A DNA stretch of 64,000 nt, taken from positions 544,001 through 608,000 of the forward strand of contig OZ245006.1 of the NCBI GenBank assembly GCA_965223545.1, read 5' to 3'. Each line of letters starts with the position of its first letter. The first letter of the stretch is position 1. Shown here piece by piece: positions 43,529 through 53,676 of this stretch. The notes beneath the pieces were generated by a model. The model was not told the DNA's origin. It searched no databases and was given only the letters and a program-made list of their open reading frames with translations. The DNA is from Planctomycetota bacterium. Its GTDB lineage: Bacteria > Planctomycetota > UBA1135 > UBA2386. The position numbers and the translations under genes are program-made.

Positions 43529-44578
43529 CTAACGGAGCAGATGGCCCGCGACGGCGGCCGCCATCCGCCGATTGGCGAGCGGCCCGTAGTGACCGTCGAA
43601 GGGCACCGTGGGTGCGCGGCCCAGCTCACGCGCAGCCGCGGCCACGGCGTCCTCCAAGTCGATCACCGCTACACCGGAGTCGACGGCGAGCGCGGCGAAG
43701 CGCGCGCCGACGTCCTTGGTCCAGTGATCCGCAACCCCAACCGCGTTCCAGTCCGGGATGATCGCGACCACCAGCAGGAAGCGGCGCTCGACCGAAAGCG
43801 CGATGAACCGCTGCAAATAGGCCGCCTGGCGTCGCATCGCGCCGGCGAGCGCCTCGTCCGTCGGCTCGTTGCCCATGTAGGGGCCCCGGAACGCGTCGTG
43901 CAGCACCATCGCCAGCGCGCTGCGGCGCACGAGCTGCTTGGCTTGCCATCTCCACCACACCCACCCCTCCATCGGTGCGCCGGTGTCGAATGCCACCGGA
44001 CCCGATCGCTGCAGGCGCGCGTAGGTGCCTTCGATGTCCTGCTCCTCGATGTCGTTCCAATACCAGAACACCACCACCACGTCGGGCTCGATGCGAGCGC
44101 CGAGCTCCTCGAGCAGTGCCAGCTCCTGGTGCGTGCTGTAGGCGCGGTGTCCGGCGTTGATCGTGGCCCAGCGCACCCCCGGTCGCGTGCGCGCGTTGAG
44201 GATCGTCTCGAGATGCGCCGGCAGCGTCTCGTCGTCGGCGACGCCCTGCCCGTAGGTCAAGCTGTCGCCGAGGCACAGGACGCGCATGTCGGTCGCCCGC
44301 TTCTCACCGACCTCGGCGCCGCGCAAGCCGAGCGCATTCACCTCGACGCGGTGCAAGTACGTGTAGTGCGCTTGGCTCGGCACCATCATCCAACCGCGCT
44401 TGGCGTTCGCCTGGATCTCCAGCACCGGCAGTCGCTCGGCCAACGGTGCGCCGAACCACGCGCGCACCACCAACTCGGCGAGCACACCGCTGACCAGCAG
44501 CGAACCAGCGACCAGGCCACAGCGCCGGATACGCTGTCGGCGGGTCGGGGCGGATGCGACGCCGGTCACTCCCTCCAA
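43529..44578 (-). CDS. Membrane-anchored SGNH/GDSL hydrolase
   Basis: N-terminal TM; NALGLRG; LGDSLTYG; INAG; WND; DGHY. Confidence 0.87.
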   Translation of the reverse strand: MEGVTGVASAPTRRQRIRRCGLVAGSLLVSGVLAELVVRAWFGAPLAERLPVLEIQANAKRGWMMVPSQAHYTYLHRVEVNALGLRGAEVGEKRATDMRVLCLGDSLTYGQGVADDETLPAHLETILNARTRPGVRWATINAGHRAYSTHQELALLEELGARIEPDVVVVFWYWNDIEEQDIEGTYARLQRSGPVAFDTGAPMEGWVWWRWQAKQLVRRSALAMVLHDAFRGPYMGNEPTDEALAGAMRRQAAYLQRFIALSVERRFLLVVAIIPDWNAVGVADHWTKDVGARFAALAVDSGVAVIDLEDAVAAAARELGRAPTVPFDGHYGPLANRRMAAAVAGHLLR

Positions 44579-44706
44579 GCTTAGCGAGCTCTACCGCACG
44601 CGCCACGCGTCGGCTTTGGCCCGGTGCCCCCCCATCGGGTTCGAGCACAGCCCACGCCTCGTCGTCCCGCCTCGAACAAGTGTTTCACGGTGACTCGCCG
44701 ACCCCA

Positions 44707-46035
44707 CTACCGGGTCTCGCCGCCTTCCGCGGCAGCGGCCATCCGCACGATTGCATCGAGGATCTCGCTCTCGCCACCGAGCGCGGTGAGCGCCTTCGCG
44801 AGCCGCGCCCGCCGCACCGCCTCCTGCGCCTCGTCGTAGCCCATCTCGCGCACCGCCTCGATCGTCAGCTCGATCGCGTGGTCGAGCGTCACCCCGCGCT
44901 CTTGGAACGGCGTCACGGTCGGCTCCGCCATCGGCCATCGGCTGTAGGCGAGTGTGCTGCCATCCGCCGCGACCGACTTCTTGACGCCGGCCTCGGCGCC
45001 GGCGGTCGTCCCGCCGATGGTCGTCGCTCGACCGGCATCGCGCAGAATCCGCGCGGTCCACTCCGCACCGCTCGCGCTCCTCTCGTCGACGAGCACCGCG
45101 ACGCGGCCCGCGTAGTGCGGCTCCCGAGGAACCACATCGCGCGTACTGCCGCCCGAGTTGCCCCACCGGTAGCTGCGGCGCCGCTGCAGGAAGTGTCCGA
45201 GAAACGGATCGGAAGCGCTGACCCGGCCACCGCCGTTGCGCTGCACGTCGAGGATCAGCGCCCGCGTGTCGAGCATCGCTTCGAGGTGCCGGCGGAGAGT
45301 CGCGACCATCGCGCTCACCGACTCCGCCGCGCAACGGTCGGGGCTGAACGTCTTGATGCGCAAGTAGCCGATCCCGCCGACTCGACCGGAGACCACCCAG
45401 CGCTCGCCGAACTGCTCCTTGGGCGGAGGTAGGTTGCGCCGCGTCGGGCGCCGGAGCTCGTGCTCCGACTCGCTGCCATCGGCCCAGCGCAAGCCCAGCC
45501 GAACCGGGGTTCCAACGGGGCCGGCGGCCAGGATCTCGGTCGCGCATCCGATCGGCGTACCCTGGACGGCGACGAGCTCGGGGACTCCGTCCCGGCCCTC
45601 GGGTGCACGGTGCGGCCCCCAATCGACGACGTAGAGTCGGCGACCGATCCGCTCCGCGCGCACTTCGGGCCGCGACCAGCCCGCCACGGTCTGCATCGAC
45701 GGAATGAACGAAACGTGCGGATCGCGCAGCACCGACAGCATCCGCGCCATCTCCCAGGCAAATGCGGTGCCGTCCGCAGCCAGCACCGCCCGCGGCCGGT
45801 GCTCGTGGCGCTCGGCGTCCCAGTCGACCCCGTAGAGCTCGAAGTAGGGATACCCATCGCGCAGCGCCTGCCAGTGCGCATCGAACAGGGCCGCGTAGTC
45901 CACGGCCTTCTGCGCGGCGGCCGGTGCGGCGAATCCTGCCGCGAGAACCCCGGTCAGCGCTCGGGCACCGACCCAGGCGCGACCGGACAAGCGGACATGG
46001 GGCGGGCGAGAATCGGCTCGGGTGGAACGGTGCAC
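44707..46035 (-). CDS. S41-family peptidase (start uncertain)
   Basis: L.DPH, IGYLRIKTF, LILDVQRNGGG, VLVDERSASGAE, IGGTTAG, GVTLD. Confidence 0.85.
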   Translation of the reverse strand: MHRSTRADSRPPHVRLSGRAWVGARALTGVLAAGFAAPAAAQKAVDYAALFDAHWQALRDGYPYFELYGVDWDAERHEHRPRAVLAADGTAFAWEMARMLSVLRDPHVSFIPSMQTVAGWSRPEVRAERIGRRLYVVDWGPHRAPEGRDGVPELVAVQGTPIGCATEILAAGPVGTPVRLGLRWADGSESEHELRRPTRRNLPPPKEQFGERWVVSGRVGGIGYLRIKTFSPDRCAAESVSAMVATLRRHLEAMLDTRALILDVQRNGGGRVSASDPFLGHFLQRRRSYRWGNSGGSTRDVVPREPHYAGRVAVLVDERSASGAEWTARILRDAGRATTIGGTTAGAEAGVKKSVAADGSTLAYSRWPMAEPTVTPFQERGVTLDHAIELTIEAVREMGYDEAQEAVRRARLAKALTALGGESEILDAIVRMAAAAEGGETR

Positions 46036-46239
46036 GGCGAAGGAGTTCTTCTGGGCACCGCTCGGGACTCACGCTTTTTGCGCCCGGCCGCGGCACCCGC
46101 GGGTCGAGGGTCTTTCTGCGCCGATTTGGTGGCGCGGCTGCGGCCGACCGAGCGTTGGCTCAGGAGAGACCGAACGCGATCCGGCCGTGCGGCACGTGCC
46201 CACGGCCCGACGCGTGGACCCCTCGACGCGGAGAATCTC

Positions 46240-47514
46240 ATGCTTCGATGGTACTTGGTAGCGGCCGGTGTGGCCGCGACGATGAGCGTGCCCGGCGCGC
46301 AACCACCGCCGGCAATCACGCAGTTCGACCCGGCGTGCGCACCGCACGCGGAGGCCAGCCTGGACCCGGCGACGTTCGTCTGCCCCGGTCCCATCCCCGC
46401 GATCGGCGTGGGAGGAACCCTCGGTCAGCTCGAGCTGCGGCCGATCGGTGGCGGGGCCTTCCGATTGGCAGCGTCGGTGACCAACGCCAACGCATGCGCG
46501 GGCGGTGCCGGGGGCTGGGACCTGATCGAGGGGACCTACACCCCGGGGGCAGTTCCGGGAATCACCAACTTGGCGGCGGGTCTCAACACCGCCGGCGACG
46601 AGTTCTCGTTCTCGATCTCCAACGACGGGTGCGTCGCCGTGTACGACGACTTCGGCGCCGGGCCGATGCTGTCCCGTCGCCCGCCACCGTGCAACGGCCC
46701 GTGGCCGGCGCCGGCGCCCATCATCGGGCTGCCCGCCGGCGCCGGCGACTCCAAGGTGTGGAATGACCCCGCGTCGCCGACCGGCTACGCCTTTGCCTTC
46801 ATCGATCCCGGCGGCGGCATCTCGATGGGCATCCTCGACCCGGTGGTGCCGGCGGTGTTTGCCATCGCGGTGGCGATCAACCCCATTCCCGGGGCGATCA
46901 CCATGCACTCCCACCACCCGGTCCAACATCCGACGACGTGGGAGCACGTCGGCTGGATCGTGTCGGCCGCGTTCGCCGGTGGCGACTCGGACTCCTACTG
47001 GGTGGGCTGGCGAGACGACACCAACCACCCGCCCCTGCGCATCTACGACGACGCGGGTTGGCAGTCCAACCCGACGACGTTGGGCGAGAGCGGCACGACC
47101 TACTGGGCCTCGACGACGGTCGGGCCAGGGCCGGCGGCGCTGCCGCTGATCGCCTGCAACGGCTACGACGTTCCCGGCGGCGGCGGCGTGATCTCGCTGC
47201 GGACGTTCGTGCCGCACGGGCCGGACCCCTGGGCCACGGTGTTGGTCCTCGGCCCGAGCACGCCGGAGTTTCCCGTCGCCGGGACGATCGGCAACGTGCA
47301 GTACCCCGCCGGCCTCCCCTGTCCGCCCGCCCCGCTGGGCCGGGTCGCGATCCTGCCGCTCACCACGGTGACGGCGCTGGCGCTCCCGTTCAGCGGAGGC
47401 GCCACGGTGACCGCACCGGTGCCGTGCTGTTTGCCGCCGATCGACTTCCAGTGCGCCGCCGCGAACCTCGTCACCGGCGAGATCTTCATCGGCAACGCCG
47501 CGCAGATCTACTGA
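46240..47514 (+). CDS. Secreted Pro/Gly/Cys-rich hypothetical protein (possible beta-propeller plus C-terminal domain)
   Basis: ATG 46240 after GGAG; signal peptide MLRWYLVAAGVAATMSVPGAQ; typical high-GC3 codon use. Confidence 0.75.
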   Translation: MLRWYLVAAGVAATMSVPGAQPPPAITQFDPACAPHAEASLDPATFVCPGPIPAIGVGGTLGQLELRPIGGGAFRLAASVTNANACAGGAGGWDLIEGTYTPGAVPGITNLAAGLNTAGDEFSFSISNDGCVAVYDDFGAGPMLSRRPPPCNGPWPAPAPIIGLPAGAGDSKVWNDPASPTGYAFAFIDPGGGISMGILDPVVPAVFAIAVAINPIPGAITMHSHHPVQHPTTWEHVGWIVSAAFAGGDSDSYWVGWRDDTNHPPLRIYDDAGWQSNPTTLGESGTTYWASTTVGPGPAALPLIACNGYDVPGGGGVISLRTFVPHGPDPWATVLVLGPSTPEFPVAGTIGNVQYPAGLPCPPAPLGRVAILPLTTVTALALPFSGGATVTAPVPCCLPPIDFQCAAANLVTGEIFIGNAAQIY

Positions 47515-47545
47515 GGGGGCGCGCGCGCTTCGCCTCGTGCATTCG

Positions 47546-48916
47546 TCAGCGCTGGCCGATGTGCGCGCGCAAACCGTTCGTCGTCGTGAAGCCGGCGGGG
47601 TTTGCAGCGGGATCGACGACCAGCGCCTGCAGGAACACGTCGAGGCCGATCAGGCTGGCCACCGCGGGGACCGGGACGGTCCAGGAAACGGTGGCGACCG
47701 ACGTCGGCAGGGGCTGCGCCACCTCGGGGCTGACCCACACCGAGCAGCCGGCGGCCCCCAAGAAGGCCAGCGGCGCCGGCAGCGCCCCGCCGACCCACGA
47801 TGTCGACGAGCTGCCAACCCAGCCGACCGCGAGCGCGGCGGGAACGTTGGTCACGTGCACGGTGAAGCTGCTGCCCAGCCACGGCAACTCCCACGCGGCT
47901 GCTTGCACCAACGCCGGCGTGCCGGTGGATCCCGCGCAGGAGGTTCCGATCGGATCGAGCCGCGCCGCCACTGCGGGTGCGTACTCCCAGGTCTCGTTCG
48001 AAAAGTTCGAGCTGGACCGCCCGCCGAAGAGCACCAGCGTCTCCCGCGCGGTGTCGTAGACCAACTCGCCATCCTGCTTGGTGCCGGGCTGCGGGCTCAG
48101 CGGACGCGCTGCCCAGTCGGCGCCGTCGAACTCCCACGTGTCGAGGTAGCGGGACCTGCCGAAGCCCGGCACCAACACCGTGCGGTCGCGCCGGGGGTCG
48201 TACTCGAGCGCGGTCGCGGTCATGGCCGGGGGCTGGACGCGGGTCGGGACCCGAGCCCAGCGCGTTCCGTCCCACGTCCAGGTGTCGTCGTGATACCCAG
48301 GCCCACTGCGACTCAAACCGCCGAACACCAGCACGACACCCCTGCGCTGGTCGTACGTCATGCCGTGCATGGCGCGTCCAGGCGGCCTCTCGGCCGGTCG
48401 ACGCTCCCGCCAAACCACGCCATCCCACTCCCAGGTGTCATCGAGCAGCGGCGGGTTGTAGTTGGCCCCACCGAACAGGACCACGACTTGCCGCCGCTCG
48501 TCGAAGACCATGGCGTGGTGGGCCCGCGGAGACGGCGCGTTCGGGGTGACGGCCTGGGTCCACGCCAGACCATCCCAAAGCCACGTGTCGTTGTGCAGGC
48601 CGGTCGAGTACTTCGCACCGCTGAACATCACCGCCACGCTCCGCGCCCCGTCGTAGGCCATGGCGTGCCAGGAGCGGCGCGGCGGGGACGCCGCGGGTTG
48701 GAGCTGGGTCCAGAGACTGCCGTCCCATTCCCACGTGTCGTCCAGCACGCGGCGACCGTCGCCGGCGAAGAGCAGCGTCACGCCGCGGGCCGCGTCGTAG
48801 ACCATGGCGTGGGCATCGCGGGCCGACGGCGACAGGGACGGGGCGCGTAGGTGCCAGACCTGACCCGGGGCGATGGCGGTGAGGACGAGGGGCAACAGGA
48901 TGGGAGCCGCACGCAT
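47546..48916 (-). CDS. Secreted Kelch-repeat protein
   Basis: About six repeats of P..R..HAM.YD..R...VLFGG...DTWEWDG..W, a signal peptide, and a C-terminal beta-rich domain. Confidence 0.9.
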   Translation of the reverse strand: MRAAPILLPLVLTAIAPGQVWHLRAPSLSPSARDAHAMVYDAARGVTLLFAGDGRRVLDDTWEWDGSLWTQLQPAASPPRRSWHAMAYDGARSVAVMFSGAKYSTGLHNDTWLWDGLAWTQAVTPNAPSPRAHHAMVFDERRQVVVLFGGANYNPPLLDDTWEWDGVVWRERRPAERPPGRAMHGMTYDQRRGVVLVFGGLSRSGPGYHDDTWTWDGTRWARVPTRVQPPAMTATALEYDPRRDRTVLVPGFGRSRYLDTWEFDGADWAARPLSPQPGTKQDGELVYDTARETLVLFGGRSSSNFSNETWEYAPAVAARLDPIGTSCAGSTGTPALVQAAAWELPWLGSSFTVHVTNVPAALAVGWVGSSSTSWVGGALPAPLAFLGAAGCSVWVSPEVAQPLPTSVATVSWTVPVPAVASLIGLDVFLQALVVDPAANPAGFTTTNGLRAHIGQR

Positions 48917-49033
48917 GAAGCGGAGGGTAACGCCTACGGGGGAGCAGGTCTCGACGGGCCCCCGCCCCCGGAGGGGTGGATCATCCTGCGCTATTTTCTA
49001 GCGGCAACTCATTTTTGTGCTAGAACAATTGTC

Positions 49034-49996
49034 ATGGAGCTTCCCCTTACCAAGGGTGGCGCGGTGCCGCTGTACCGCCAGATCGCGGAGTCGATCCAGT
49101 ACAAGATCGCCACCGGGACCATCCCGCCGGGGACGGTGCTCCCCACGCTTCGCGAGGGTTCACTGGCCTGGCAGGTCAACGTGCACACGGTCGGCCGGGC
49201 CTATCGAGAGCTCGCGGAGCGCGGGCTCGTCAAGATGCACGGCCGGTCGGGCACCCGTGTCGTCGGCTCCGCGCGGAACCTCAGTCAGCGCGGGCGATCG
49301 AACGAGGTGGTCGGCGCGTTCGTCGCGCGGATCTTGCTCGAGGCCCGCAGGGACCATGGGCTCGACCGCCGCGACTTGGCCGAGCTCCTCGACCAATGGT
49401 CCGCCGATCGCGAGCCCTTCGTGCCCACGGTCCATGTCCTCGAGTGCAGCGAGGATCAGTGCAGGAACCACGCGGACGAGATCGAAGCGCGATGGGATGT
49501 TCGAGCCGTTCCGCGTCCGCTGGACGACCCCGGCGAGCTGCCCCCGGGCCCGGTCATCGCGACCTACTTCCACTACCACGAAGTACGGTCGCTGTGGCCC
49601 GAACGTCGCAACGACATTCGGTTCGTCGCCATTCGACCGGATCCCGATCTGCGCAGACTCCTGCAGGCGCGCACCATCGCTCCGGGTGAGCCCATTCTCC
49701 TCTGCGAGTTCGACGAACCCAAGGCGCAGAACACGATCTCCGAGCTCGCCGTGCTCATGGCCCCGGAGCAGCGGCGGTTCCAACCGGCCGTGGTCGAACG
49801 GGCGGGAGAGCTCCTCGACGAGGGACGCTCGACGGCACCCATCCTGTTTCCGCCCCGAGTATGGGCGGCTCTGTCCGAGGACGAACGCGCGCATCCGAGG
49901 GCGGTCCCGCTGCGATTCTACTTCGAACCCGAGGAGCTCGACGCGCTGGGAGCCACGATGGGTTGGTGCGAACGCGCGATGGAGGCTGTCTCGTGA
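49034..49996 (+). CDS. GntR-family (YtrA-like N-terminus) transcriptional regulator
   Basis: VPLYRQIAESIQYKIATG...PGTVLPTLRE....VNVHTVGRAYRELAERGLV. Long C-terminal effector region. Confidence 0.87.
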   Translation: MELPLTKGGAVPLYRQIAESIQYKIATGTIPPGTVLPTLREGSLAWQVNVHTVGRAYRELAERGLVKMHGRSGTRVVGSARNLSQRGRSNEVVGAFVARILLEARRDHGLDRRDLAELLDQWSADREPFVPTVHVLECSEDQCRNHADEIEARWDVRAVPRPLDDPGELPPGPVIATYFHYHEVRSLWPERRNDIRFVAIRPDPDLRRLLQARTIAPGEPILLCEFDEPKAQNTISELAVLMAPEQRRFQPAVVERAGELLDEGRSTAPILFPPRVWAALSEDERAHPRAVPLRFYFEPEELDALGATMGWCERAMEAVS

Positions 49997-52900
49997 GTCG
50001 CCACCATCGTCATTTCGGCTTGCTCGCAGCGGTCGGCCTGCTGGCGCCTTTCTCGATGGCCCAGCCGGCCGGGCCGGCGTTCGTCCTCGTCGAGGATCAC
50101 CCACTCATGGCCGCGCGCGCGAGCACCGGCGGGATCGCGTGGGTCGACTACGACGGCGACGGAGACGATGACGCGTTCGTCGCGAACGGCTACGACGTCA
50201 GCGCAGGGAGCGCCGCGCCACAGATGAACCAGCTCTACGAGAACGTCGCCGGACGCCTCCTGCTCCGAGACAGCGTCCTGTCGAAGGACGCCGCGTTCTC
50301 TTCGGCAAGCGCTTGGGCCGATTTCGACAACGACGGCCTGATCGACGTGTTCGTGCCGAACCAACGAGGACAGAACAACCTCCTCTACCGCAACGTGGGC
50401 AACGGCGCGTTCCAGCTCCTCGACGAAGCACTGCCGACGCGCGACCGCGGGAGCTCGTTTGCCGCAACCTGGGGCGACGTCGACGGCGATGGGTTCGTCG
50501 ATCTCGTGGTCACCAATGGTGGACTGAGCGGCGCCGGGCCGGACTTCCTCTACCGGAACAACCGTGGCGTCTTCGAGCGTGGCACGATGGGGCCGGTCGT
50601 CGAAGGGAGCCGCCAGCCCGGCGGGCCGACCTTCGTGGACTACGATCTCGACGGTGATATCGACCTCTTCGTTCCCGGCGCCCGGAATCGCATGTACCGC
50701 AACGATGGGCGTGGCAGTTTCGCCCTCGACGACCGGTTCCTCTTCGCCAGTGAAGGACAGCTGGGGCTCTCGGTCTCCGGTGCTTGGGCCGACTACGACA
50801 ACGATGGTGATTTCGACCTGTTCCAGGTGCCGAGGAACGGCCAACCCCGGCGGATGTACGTCAATGACGGCGACTATCGCTTTCGCTCCGTAGACATCGG
50901 CGACGCGACGCGAGATGTCAGTGAAGCGTTCCATTCTCTCTGGGTCGACGTCGACAACGACGGCTTCCAGGATCTCGTCATCGCCAACTGGGGCGCCCCG
51001 GCGCACGTGTATCGAAACCGCGCCGGCGAGCTCCTCGAACGCGTGGTCTTGGGAGAGCTCGGTGAGCGCGACTGGCACGCCTCGATGGTGGCGAGCGCCG
51101 ACTTCGACCAAGACGGGGACCTCGACCTCGTCGTCGGCAACTGGCCGAGCCGCAGAGGCGACGGCGAGGCGAATCTCCTGTACCGCAACGACAGTCCGGT
51201 CGGCAACTGGCTCGCCATCCGGCTTCGCGGCACCCGGTCGAACGCATCCGCCATCGGCGCGCGCGTCGAAGTGGAGCTTCGGGACGGCACGCTGGTTCGA
51301 GAGGTCAGATCGCAAGACGGGTGGCGCAGTCAGTCGTCGCTCGAGCTGCACTTCGGACTGGGGACTCGGGATGCGGTGCGCAATGTTCGCATCCACTGGC
51401 CAGCGGGCGGAGTGCAAGAGCTCGGCCCGATGCGCGCCGGACAGCGACGCACCATCGTCGAATCCACGACCGCGAGCGCGCGAATCGTCCGCCCCGCGCC
51501 CCAGGCGCCGCCCGAAGCCGCGCCCGCCGCACCGACAGTGCCAGCGAGACCAGCGGTCTCGCAATGTGACCTGACGGTCGACGCGCGCACCGAAGCCGGA
51601 AGCCTGCTGGTGACCGGCACGGTGCGACTCCCCATCGTCCGAAGAACATCGGGGGCGGCAGTCCGTTTCCGGCTGCTGGCCAACGCGTCGGAGCTCGAGG
51701 TCGGCATCATCGACGATTCTGGAGTGCGCGCGCCGCGCGATGCCGAGCAAGTCGGGAGCTTCGGCGGGAGTGGCCTACGGGCGGTCCGGGTTTGGGAGGT
51801 CGACCTCGTGGAGACGCAGCTGACCGGCGACGAGGCCGTCCTGTGGTTCTCGTTCGCCGTAACCGGGACGCAATCGATCTTCCACGTCGACCGCGGCCTG
51901 GCGTTCGCGAGTGGGCTCAACCTGCCCTGGTATCCCCAGGCCGCATCCGTCACGAAGGCTCTCGGCAAGCTCACCATCCTGACTCCCCCTGCTTTCTCGG
52001 CAGCCGCGGCCGGCAGACGCACCAGCACCGCGGAGGACGAAGCGGAGGGACGCTTCGTCTTCCAGATCGATACGCCGAGCAGCCCATCCTTTGCCGTCAG
52101 CAAGTGGCACGCGAGCACATACACCGGTGGCTCCGTCCCCGTGCACATGTTTCGCGAGTCCCCGCACCGGGACAGCCTGTCCCAGGCGCGGCGAATCGCG
52201 GAGATCATCGAGTTGCTGGAGCGGGAGTTTGGCCCGTATCCGTATCCCGAGTTCTCCATCGTCGAAGTGCCCGGCGCAGTCGCGAACGATGCCGGCTTCG
52301 GTGGTGTCAGCCTCGACGGGTGGATGATCGCCTTGGGACCGGCTTGGCACGAAGAGCTCGCCATCAGCTTCTTTGCCCACGAGATTGCCCATCAATGGTG
52401 GGGCAACCGCGTTCGACCCCGCCGCGGGAGCATCCCCGACGGGTTGCTCGACGAGGGAATCGCGCAGTTTGCCGGCCACGTGATCGTCAACGAGCTGCTG
52501 GACTCCAGTGCGGCGCGCCGACACCGAAAGTTCGGGAGCAAGCTGTTGGGATGGCCGGTGGGCGCGCTGGGTTACTTCGCCCAGGTGGCCGCCGGAGAAG
52601 ACCGATCGCTCGAGCAGCTCATGCCGTCACGCGCGACGGAGTGGTTGAAGGACAACAAGCTCGCCTTCGTTTGGCTCGAGCTCCAGCGAGTGCTGGGCGA
52701 GGAAGGCCTACGCAAAGGCCTGCACGAGCTCTTCCGCCGACATGCCGGGGGCTCGGCGTCGTACGGGGACGTGATCTCGGCGCTCGAGCACGGAGCGGAA
52801 GTCAATCCTGGCGAGCTCCAGTGGTTCTTCGAACAGTGGATGAGGCGGCCCGGCGCACCGGAGCTCGGGCTCAGCTGGCACCAAGCGGGAGAGCAACTGC

Positions 52901-53517
52901 GACTCGAGCTGACGCAGCCCGCGCCGGCGTATCGTCTCGAGGTGCCGATTCGCATCCATGGTCGCAACGGCGCGACCCTCGACGAATCGGTTCGCTTCGA
53001 CGACCTCACCGCCAACTACAGCCTCGACTGCGCCGGCCTCACAGTCTGGCACGTCGAGATCGATCCCGAGTACACCTTTCTGCACCTGACGCCCGAACTC
53101 CGCGCGGCGGCAGCCCCCATGGGCTACTACCTGCGCGCCTTGTCCGAGCGTGACTTGAGCAAGTCCCTGGCGCTGATCGAGCGCGGGCAGGAGTGCATTC
53201 CACACCCCGATCGGCATGCGGCCGGCATGTTCCTCGAGTACGCACGGGGCACCGTGCACGGCCGCCACGGCCAGTGGACCGAGGCCAAGGAGCACTTGCT
53301 CGCGGCCGTGCAGTGCCCCACTCGCCGCGCCGACTTCCTGCCGTCGGTGTATCTGTCCTTGGCGGAGGCTGCGATCCAGCTTCAGGATCGCTCCCTGTTC
53401 GACTGGTCACGCGCCGCGATCATCGCCGCGGACGCGGCGGCGGGTCGAGTCACCTCTGCGCCGAGTCGAGCCGAGAGGCTGGAGTTTCCCAGCTCGGGAG
53501 CAGGCGCCGGGCGATGA
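49993..53517 (+). CDS. FG-GAP/ASPIC-UnbV (CRTAC1-like) protein fused to an M1-type aminopeptidase and a TPR-like tail
   Basis: GTG overlaps the GntR stop, with GGAGG upstream. W.D.D.DG..D repeats; GNWLAIRL.G..SN.SAIGARV...LHFGLG; AHEIAHQWWG...DEG. Confidence 0.88.
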   Translation: MSRHHRHFGLLAAVGLLAPFSMAQPAGPAFVLVEDHPLMAARASTGGIAWVDYDGDGDDDAFVANGYDVSAGSAAPQMNQLYENVAGRLLLRDSVLSKDAAFSSASAWADFDNDGLIDVFVPNQRGQNNLLYRNVGNGAFQLLDEALPTRDRGSSFAATWGDVDGDGFVDLVVTNGGLSGAGPDFLYRNNRGVFERGTMGPVVEGSRQPGGPTFVDYDLDGDIDLFVPGARNRMYRNDGRGSFALDDRFLFASEGQLGLSVSGAWADYDNDGDFDLFQVPRNGQPRRMYVNDGDYRFRSVDIGDATRDVSEAFHSLWVDVDNDGFQDLVIANWGAPAHVYRNRAGELLERVVLGELGERDWHASMVASADFDQDGDLDLVVGNWPSRRGDGEANLLYRNDSPVGNWLAIRLRGTRSNASAIGARVEVELRDGTLVREVRSQDGWRSQSSLELHFGLGTRDAVRNVRIHWPAGGVQELGPMRAGQRRTIVESTTASARIVRPAPQAPPEAAPAAPTVPARPAVSQCDLTVDARTEAGSLLVTGTVRLPIVRRTSGAAVRFRLLANASELEVGIIDDSGVRAPRDAEQVGSFGGSGLRAVRVWEVDLVETQLTGDEAVLWFSFAVTGTQSIFHVDRGLAFASGLNLPWYPQAASVTKALGKLTILTPPAFSAAAAGRRTSTAEDEAEGRFVFQIDTPSSPSFAVSKWHASTYTGGSVPVHMFRESPHRDSLSQARRIAEIIELLEREFGPYPYPEFSIVEVPGAVANDAGFGGVSLDGWMIALGPAWHEELAISFFAHEIAHQWWGNRVRPRRGSIPDGLLDEGIAQFAGHVIVNELLDSSAARRHRKFGSKLLGWPVGALGYFAQVAAGEDRSLEQLMPSRATEWLKDNKLAFVWLELQRVLGEEGLRKGLHELFRRHAGGSASYGDVISALEHGAEVNPGELQWFFEQWMRRPGAPELGLSWHQAGEQLRLELTQPAPAYRLEVPIRIHGRNGATLDESVRFDDLTANYSLDCAGLTVWHVEIDPEYTFLHLTPELRAAAAPMGYYLRALSERDLSKSLALIERGQECIPHPDRHAAGMFLEYARGTVHGRHGQWTEAKEHLLAAVQCPTRRADFLPSVYLSLAEAAIQLQDRSLFDWSRAAIIAADAAAGRVTSAPSRAERLEFPSSGAGAGR

Positions 53518-53544
53518 CGTGAAGAGCCCGAACGAGGTGGCGGA

Positions 53545-53630
53545 CCTCAGCGCGGCCGGGGCCGCAACGGAGCATTCTGCGACCCGAGCGTCGGTCGCAG
53601 GTCCGGCGGTCGCCGGCGGCCGCGCTGAGC
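53545..53630 (-). repeat. Shorter third member of the structured repeat family
   Basis: cctcagcgcggccggggccgcaac is identical to 32961-32984, and the element closes with cgcgctgagc. The internal hairpin has a different sequence. Confidence 0.75.
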
Positions 53631-53676
53631 CCGGAGGCACTGTGTGTGTCAAGCTGTCGAAGCAGCCGACACCCTG

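Noticed and set aside
49015..49036. tgtgctagaacaattgtcat as a GntR operator
   Set aside because: Only a short palindrome (acaattgt) with no second copy seen; insufficient evidence.
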